Positions 36,224-41,639 of a stretch of DNA of 41,639 nucleotides are shown here, piece by piece. Source of the DNA: a virus (Duplodnaviria > Caudoviricetes); the IMG/VR virus record IMGVR_UViG_3300005611_001957, positions 1 through 41,639 of that record. One strand, given 5' to 3'. The first letter of the stretch is position 1. The number at the start of each line of letters is the position of its first letter. The translations under genes were made by a program, and so were the position numbers. The notes below the pieces were generated by a model. It had not been told where the DNA came from. It saw only the letters and a list, made by a program, of their open reading frames with translations, and made no database searches.

Positions 36224-37191
36224 TATTTTTTAACGTTTATGAATGTCTTTGAAATCCAATCAGGAAAGTTATGGAACGCGTGAGAAAGTCCATCTTTACT
36301 GAATCTAAGTAATAAACCCATCTTATTCAACTTTGGTGGGTCTTCGTTCATAAACGCTTGTATTTTAAGTTTTGCATTAGTGTTAAAGTCTAAAAGGTGT
36401 AAGTTCATCAATTGATTATTTCGTTCTACTTTATCAAACTCGTCAATCAATCGTCCATAAAGAGAATACGTGTCTTTGTTTTCTTCTGCGTATTCTTTTA
36501 TTTCATCAAGTGTATATTTCTTTTCTTCGGTCAAAAATGGAAACATCTTAGCCAATCGTTTGACCCCAAATCCCTTAACACCATCTATGTTATCTGATTT
36601 GTCTCCATCTAATACTCTGTTGATAGTAATATTATGTGGGTGTATTTTATATTCTTCTAATACTCTATCAATATCATACATTTTCTTTTTCGTTGGTGCC
36701 CATACGTTTGTGTTATGATTAACCAATTGTAAAAAGTCTTTATCTGAACTCATTATCACCGTTTCTACGTCTTGTAAGTAATTCAAACAAATATAAGCTA
36801 TAATGTCATCTGCTTCTAAGTTATCAACTGCGATTACTTTTATAGGTAGATAGTCTAGATAAGCACCAAGAGCAAGAATTTGTCGTTTCATATTCTGTTC
36901 TCTTTCCTCATCGGTGTCAAACTCAAAGAGTCTGTTCATCCTCATAGTCATCTTTCTACCTTTCTTATAGTCAGGAAAGATTTTCTTACGTTTGGATGAA
37001 CCACCTCTACCGTCAAATACCACGATAACTTGTGTAGCTTCTGTGTCTCGTATAACCGAACCTATTGACCTTAGAGAACCAACTAGCCCACCAACGGGTT
37101 CACCGTTGTTGTCTGTGACAGGGTTAGTTGCGTAGGCTCTAAAAAAAAGATTGAGCCCATCCACTACTAGGACTTTTCTTTTATTATTCAT
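36223..37191 (-). CDS. 5'-3' exonuclease/flap endonuclease (T4 RNase H/PolA N-terminal-like)
   Basis: VDGLN, VFDG, YK.GR, EADD, SSDKDFLQL, GDKSDNIDGVKGFG; start moved to the ATG at 37191. Confidence 0.93.
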   Translation of the reverse strand: MNNKRKVLVVDGLNLFFRAYATNPVTDNNGEPVGGLVGSLRSIGSVIRDTEATQVIVVFDGRGGSSKRKKIFPDYKKGRKMTMRMNRLFEFDTDEEREQNMKRQILALGAYLDYLPIKVIAVDNLEADDIIAYICLNYLQDVETVIMSSDKDFLQLVNHNTNVWAPTKKKMYDIDRVLEEYKIHPHNITINRVLDGDKSDNIDGVKGFGVKRLAKMFPFLTEEKKYTLDEIKEYAEENKDTYSLYGRLIDEFDKVERNNQLMNLHLLDFNTNAKLKIQAFMNEDPPKLNKMGLLLRFSKDGLSHAFHNFPDWISKTFINVKK

Positions 37192-38555
37192 TTTTGTATA
37201 TATTTGGTCAAATAGTTGTTTAAGTCCTCGGGTGTCCCTAGTCCCCACATTTTAGGAATATTAAATGTTCTGATTTGTTTACCATCCTCAATTGCTTGAT
37301 TGAATACAGGACAAACATAAAACTCATTGTTTACTCTAATATCCTTTTCAATCATTTCTTCAGCGTATTTAACAAAGTCAGAACCATTTTTCCAATAATA
37401 GAAACCAACAGTGGCTATGTCTGATATTGGATTCTTTTCTGCAACTTCAGTTACAAACCCGTTTCCATCAACCTTAACAAAACTCCACTTAGGGTGTGTT
37501 GCTCTGAATGATACAATACCACCATCACAGTCGTTTTCATTCATTTTATAAAAAAACTCATTTGAATCCCATTCCACAAATTGGTCTGAGTTAGCAAAGA
37601 ATAGTGGATTATCATTATCAATATATTCTTTTGCTAAAAGTGCTGTACAAGCTGCACCCTCGGTGATGCCGTCAACTTCTACTATTTTACAGTTTGGTGT
37701 GATTAAATTTAAGAGTGTATCTAAGTTATATTTTTCTCTATGTGATTTTTGAACTACATAGATGTAATTTGCATCTATGTTTAGATTTTCTACCACAACT
37801 TGAATCATAGGGTTACCATCCACATCAATTAGTGGTTTGGGGAACGTATACCCTGCCTGTTGGAATCTATTCCCTGAACCAGCCATTGGAATCAATACAT
37901 TCAATTTTTTATCTACCCATTTTGGTTTATCGTTTGTTACTCCCATTTCTATTTCAGTTAGTTTTTTAAATATGTTTGTGTAAGTTACTTCTTGTGGATT
38001 TTTAACTCTCAACACATGAGCGTTAGAACGAGATGCTGCAAGTAATCCATAAGGTGAATCCTCTACAATTAGAGTTTCGGATGGTAAACATCCCATCTTT
38101 GAGATTGCTCTCCAATACATCTCAGGGTGTGGTTTAGAGTTAGTTACATCTTCGTTTGAAATAATGTAATCCATAAACTCCATAATACCCAACTTTGAAA
38201 GTACAGTCAATACTGTCTTTCTGATTGAGTTAGAACAAACTGCAATCTTATATCCATCTTCAACCAATGTGTTCATTACCGATTGTAGAGTTTGGTTTGG
38301 TTTCAACTCTTTCAACATTTGTAAAGTCAACTTTTGTTTACCTTCCCAAATCTTTGTGTGTAGTTCGGTTGGTAAACCCTTTCGTTCACTTAACATTTCC
38401 AACTTCTGATTGGTTTTTAATCCATCGTATGTTGATAGATGTTCTGCCCAACTAATTGCGTATTTCTCACCCAATGCTTCATTGAGTGCATCAAAATGGA
38501 TGTTTTTTGTATTAACAAGTACACCATCCAAATCAAATATAACTAATTTAATCAT
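37188..38555 (-). CDS. HAD phosphatase fused to nucleotidyltransferase (GT2_BcE-like)
   Basis: FDLDGVL...KPHP...VEDS; LIPMAG.G.RF...GY..PKPLI, EGAA.T, EK..IS, NNEFYV. Confidence 0.88.
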   Translation of the reverse strand: MIKLVIFDLDGVLVNTKNIHFDALNEALGEKYAISWAEHLSTYDGLKTNQKLEMLSERKGLPTELHTKIWEGKQKLTLQMLKELKPNQTLQSVMNTLVEDGYKIAVCSNSIRKTVLTVLSKLGIMEFMDYIISNEDVTNSKPHPEMYWRAISKMGCLPSETLIVEDSPYGLLAASRSNAHVLRVKNPQEVTYTNIFKKLTEIEMGVTNDKPKWVDKKLNVLIPMAGSGNRFQQAGYTFPKPLIDVDGNPMIQVVVENLNIDANYIYVVQKSHREKYNLDTLLNLITPNCKIVEVDGITEGAACTALLAKEYIDNDNPLFFANSDQFVEWDSNEFFYKMNENDCDGGIVSFRATHPKWSFVKVDGNGFVTEVAEKNPISDIATVGFYYWKNGSDFVKYAEEMIEKDIRVNNEFYVCPVFNQAIEDGKQIRTFNIPKMWGLGTPEDLNNYLTKYIQK

Positions 38556-39195
38556 TGTGTTCGGGAAAAATCATATGAGGTTTTATTAATTCAAAAGATG
38601 CAGGTTTATGTACATTAACAAAATCATCGTATTTTATATTATTTTCTAAAATAACATTACCCCAAAAATAGTGAGCTAGGGGGTAATGGGTAAATGGAAT
38701 TAATTCTATATATGATTTAATAGTTTTAATGTTTCCCATAAATGCATAGTCACCCATAAAAAATCCATTTTCATCGGTGTGCCCTGGGCTCATATACACA
38801 GTCTCATCGTCTAATAAAGAAAAGTTAACATCTGTAATATTACTAATTAAATCACATCTATGTATTATAACCCAATCATATTCATCAATGTTTACTGAAT
38901 TTAAAGCTAACCTAATATGATATAACATTTTTGTTGAACTATAAAAATAATCGTCACTTGTCATGTCGGGGTTTATTGTAGTTGCAAACGATTTTAAGTC
39001 GGCGTCAGTTGAAATTATTGGAACACAATAATCACACGCTTTTTCTATTTTATGTTTTGTAATCTTTCCATTTACATAACAATAATCCCATGTTGAAAAC
39101 AGAACGTCAAATTTATCAAGACCTTTTATCTTTTTTATTATGGTCTCAAACGTTCTATATTCTCCAAAAAATATAAATAAATTCTTTTTAGTCAT
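38548..39195 (-). CDS. Hypothetical protein, possibly glycosyltransferase-like
   Basis: G..RTF, F.STWD, YD.VI..R.D pattern seen in polysaccharide-locus proteins. Confidence 0.55.
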   Translation of the reverse strand: MTKKNLFIFFGEYRTFETIIKKIKGLDKFDVLFSTWDYCYVNGKITKHKIEKACDYCVPIISTDADLKSFATTINPDMTSDDYFYSSTKMLYHIRLALNSVNIDEYDWVIIHRCDLISNITDVNFSLLDDETVYMSPGHTDENGFFMGDYAFMGNIKTIKSYIELIPFTHYPLAHYFWGNVILENNIKYDDFVNVHKPASFELIKPHMIFPEHND

Positions 39196-39210
39196 CTAAT
39201 TTTTTTTTAT

Positions 39211-39250
39211 AAAAAGTGTAGTAAACACCCGTGATATTCGGGTGTTTACT
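39211..39250 (-). terminator. Intrinsic terminator after recA
   Basis: 12-bp perfect stem AGTAAACACCCG / CGGGTGTTTACT (39220-39250), with a T-run shortly downstream. Confidence 0.75.
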
Positions 39251-39268
39251 TATTTTCACAAAAGTGAA

Positions 39269-40387
39269 TTATCCTTCATCTTCTGTTTCTATTTCGGTAT
39301 TATCGTAATCTAATTCATTACTACGATACCTCATTATTGTTTCTCTACAAATTTCTTGATACATACTCTCCCTCAATTTAGGATTGTCTTCCAATATATC
39401 AGCAAAGTCTTTGGCTTGGAACTTGTAATCTTCAATGACTTCACCCGTGTCAGGGTCAAAATCAGTATATGTATACCAAGCACCACCTTGACTAACCAAT
39501 TTATGAGTTTTAAGTGTCTTTAACCAAGATGAATAATCATCTATACCTCGGTCAAAGTATATCTCAAAATCTGCTTCTCTCTGAGGAGGCCCACATCGGT
39601 TCTTAATTACTAATGCTCTTGTCTGAACACCAATAACACTATCACCTGCAGAGGACTTCTTCTTTATTTTACCAATTGATTTCAACCGTAATCTTACAGA
39701 TGCGTGGAATTGTAGTGCTTTACCACCACTTGTTGTATATTTGTCTCCAAACATAACACCAAGTTTCTCACGTAATTGGTTGGTGAATACTAAACATATT
39801 CGTTCCTTACCAATCATACCTGTAATCTTTCTCATAGACTTACTCATAATGAGAGCCTTTGCAGTTGCATATCCATCTTTACCATATTCAGAATCCATCT
39901 CAAGTTCGGTAGAAGCGGCGGCAACTGAATCAACTACAATAGTAACTAATCTGTCTTTATCACTTCCTCTAACTTTTTCAACGATTACATCTATGGTTTC
40001 AAAGATACGTTCAACGGTGTCCACAGAAATGTAAAGTAACTTTTCTACATCTACTCCGATTGCTCGTAAGTATTCTTGTGATACCGAGTTTTCAGTATCA
40101 ATGTAGACAGCTACTCCACCTTTCTTTTGTGTGTTTGCCAGAAGGTGAGCAGATACAAGTGATTTACCACTCTGTTCTAATCCCGTTATCTCGGTAATCC
40201 TACCAACAGGAACCCCACCGTGGGGTATGTTGGAGATTGCAAGGTCTAACATAGATGAACCTGTGGAAACCCACTCGTCTATATTTGAGGGTGAATCTGT
40301 TGCCACCCCCAAATTATATGCTATCGTTTCACCTTTGTACTTTTTATTAATACCATCTGCTAGGATGTCTATTAAGTCATCTTTCAT
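39269..40387 (-). CDS. recA: RecA/UvsX recombinase
   Basis: STGS..LD, GRITEI.G.EQSGKS, YIDTE, VVDSVAA, NQLR, GGKAL.F.ASVR, KNR. Confidence 0.95.
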   Translation of the reverse strand: MKDDLIDILADGINKKYKGETIAYNLGVATDSPSNIDEWVSTGSSMLDLAISNIPHGGVPVGRITEITGLEQSGKSLVSAHLLANTQKKGGVAVYIDTENSVSQEYLRAIGVDVEKLLYISVDTVERIFETIDVIVEKVRGSDKDRLVTIVVDSVAAASTELEMDSEYGKDGYATAKALIMSKSMRKITGMIGKERICLVFTNQLREKLGVMFGDKYTTSGGKALQFHASVRLRLKSIGKIKKKSSAGDSVIGVQTRALVIKNRCGPPQREADFEIYFDRGIDDYSSWLKTLKTHKLVSQGGAWYTYTDFDPDTGEVIEDYKFQAKDFADILEDNPKLRESMYQEICRETIMRYRSNELDYDNTEIETEDEG

Positions 40388-40409
40388 ATTTACCTTTTAT
40401 GTTAGTTGT

Positions 40410-41204
40410 TTAACTAGAAAAAAGGTCATCAAACGCGGCCTCTACATCACTAGATGCTTGTGTTGCAATTGGTTTTGGTTTAGCCGTTTCACTTGGTTGT
40501 GAAGTAGACTCGGTTGTAGTCTGTGTTTCTGTTTGAGATGATGTATCTTCAGTAGAACTTTCACCGTTTAGATACGAATTAAGTACGTCTTCTAACTCAG
40601 AATAAGTTTGAGGACTATACAAATCAGTAATCGGTGTTTGTTGTTGTATCAGTTCTTTCAACTTAGACGCATCATCCATTGCGTTGGTCTGATTTGGTTT
40701 TACACGGATAGTTGTTTTTGGATAACCATTTTCAGGTTTCTCAAATTCAATAACAATATCACGTCCTGTTTGTGGATGTGTAATGTCACCATAATCAGGG
40801 TCTGCAATATAACCTAGTAACTGTTCGTAAACTTGTTTACCGAATCCCCAATACTTGATTCCTTCACCCTCTTCACCACGAACTAATACAGGTACAAAGG
40901 TTCTCATCTTAGGTTCAAACTTTCTAGATTGTAAGTAAGATTCTCTGTCACCTGATTTTCGTAAGTTCATAGCAAACTCGTAAATCGGGTCATTATCACC
41001 AAACGACATAGGGGAAACAAAGTTCTTACCACCAAAGTCATAATGGAAATAAAGTTCAATGAATGGGTTTTCAGGGTTCTCCTTATATGGGAGAATGCGA
41101 ACCGTTTGTGAGCCAGGAGATGGTTTCCACAAAAGGTTTTGACGTGTGTTTTTGTTTTGTAGTTTATCAAGTTTTGCCTTGATGGCGGATATATCTAACG
41201 ACAT
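40410..41204 (-). CDS. Single-stranded DNA-binding protein (T4 gp32-like)
   Basis: LWKP....VRILP, PF...YFHY, WGFGK.VY, DIT....GRD; acidic tail AFDDLF. Confidence 0.85.
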   Translation of the reverse strand: MSLDISAIKAKLDKLQNKNTRQNLLWKPSPGSQTVRILPYKENPENPFIELYFHYDFGGKNFVSPMSFGDNDPIYEFAMNLRKSGDRESYLQSRKFEPKMRTFVPVLVRGEEGEGIKYWGFGKQVYEQLLGYIADPDYGDITHPQTGRDIVIEFEKPENGYPKTTIRVKPNQTNAMDDASKLKELIQQQTPITDLYSPQTYSELEDVLNSYLNGESSTEDTSSQTETQTTTESTSQPSETAKPKPIATQASSDVEAAFDDLFSS

Positions 41205-41220
41205 ATTTTATCCTCACTTA

Positions 41221-41241
41221 TTAATTGTTAATTGTTAATTG
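41221..41241 (-). repeat. (CAATTAA)x3 tandem repeat in the ssb leader
   Basis: Sense strand ATCAATTAACAATTAACAATTAATAAGTGAGGATAAAATATG. Confidence 0.8.
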
Positions 41242-41247
41242 ATATTA

Positions 41248-41278
41248 CTAATATACAATAAATATCTACAACATCAAA
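41248..41278 (-). promoter_or_regulatory. Bacteroidota-type promoter for ssb with embedded ATATTTAT
   Basis: TTTG-N19-TATATTAG. Confidence 0.5.
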
Positions 41279-41639
41279 TTTCTTTGATGGAATCTAACTT
41301 GGTAGATACCCGACGTAAACCGTAATCATCGGTTAATAATAAGGAATTTTTATATTGATTCCAATTTAAATCGTAACTGTGGTCATATACTCCAACTTCG
41401 TCTAGAATAGCTTGATTGACTGCGTTGATAGTGTAGAGTGTGTTTGTTTCTTTTTTCCTGTGGACTGATATAGTTCTACTTGGTGTGTCTTTGTAGTTCT
41501 TCTTTACCACATTATATGTGAGGTATGCTTCTTTGGGGTTTTGTTTATTGACTAGTACAAATATTCGGTTATCACTCAATTCGTAAACTGAATTGATATT
41601 CTCTATAACATCGTCAATGTAATCGTAACCTGTGAATGT
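41274..41639 (-). CDS. Hypothetical phage protein, 5' end outside the window
   Basis: Frame is open to the window edge (TFTGYDYIDDVIENINSVYELSDNRIFVL...); HRKKETNTLYTINA motif. Confidence 0.75.
   Translation of the reverse strand, partial: TFTGYDYIDDVIENINSVYELSDNRIFVLVNKQNPKEAYLTYNVVKKNYKDTPSRTISVHRKKETNTLYTINAVNQAILDEVGVYDHSYDLNWNQYKNSLLLTDDYGLRRVSTKLDSIKEI

Noticed and set aside
8477-37248. Long N-terminal extensions in the ORF track (starts 8503, 15480, 17658, 20128, 26884, 37248)
   Set aside because: Downstream ATGs give short stop/start overlaps or room for a promoter and begin at the domain boundary.
30547-40387. Inteins or introns in polB, helicase or recA
   Set aside because: Lengths are canonical, motifs are contiguous, and no splice-junction or LAGLIDADG motifs were seen.
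257-40817. All plus-strand ORFs in the track and short out-of-frame minus-strand ORFs nested in genes
   Set aside because: They overlap well-supported minus-strand genes, have S/F/L/I-rich antisense-shadow composition and show no recognisable motifs.
1-41639. Stop-codon reassignment (alternative genetic code)
   Set aside because: Genes are full-length under code 11, and TAA, TAG and TGA all end genes at natural boundaries.

Overview
A 41.6-kb AT-rich segment of a large lytic dsDNA phage (T4-like replication machinery; host most likely Bacteroidota or related FCB group). Every credible gene is on the minus strand, densely packed with ATGA/TAATG overlaps. In transcription order (right to left): (1) 26.6-41.6 kb, a replication/recombination module: gp32-like SSB, RecA/UvsX, 5'-3' exonuclease, DnaB/gp41 helicase, family B polymerase, sliding clamp, two clamp-loader subunits and a PD-(D/E)xK nuclease. 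It is interrupted by a two-gene glyco insert and by small genes (Hc1-like, DUF4494-like, HExxH) behind repeated promoter cassettes. (2) 10.0-26.6 kb, a ~16.6-kb glycosylation island: many glycosyltransferases, two NDP-sugar epimerases, short DegT, LbH acyltransferase, MaoC, SIS-HAD fusion, CMP-ulosonate synthetase, FAH-family enzyme, WbqC, PIG-L and GroES. (3) 0-9.8 kb, a probable late/virion region: small proteins with MIKL..LL.E-type leaders, two modular proteins whose modules are separated by a repeat conserved as both peptide (ESV(V)NE) and DNA (GAATCMGTA(GTA)AACGAA), a zeta-like kinase, a secreted nuclease, an endolysin and a cohesin-dockerin-cohesin protein with a T9SS C-terminal domain. 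The best candidate for an undescribed system is the ESVNE-repeat cassette array (putative protease-released, recombinationally shuffled virion cargo). Also notable are the phage-encoded T9SS cargo, an ulosonate-like pathway lacking a synthase, and a codon-level restriction-avoidance pattern suggesting modification of C in a GC(C) context. All product calls come from motif recognition by eye; no database searches were run.
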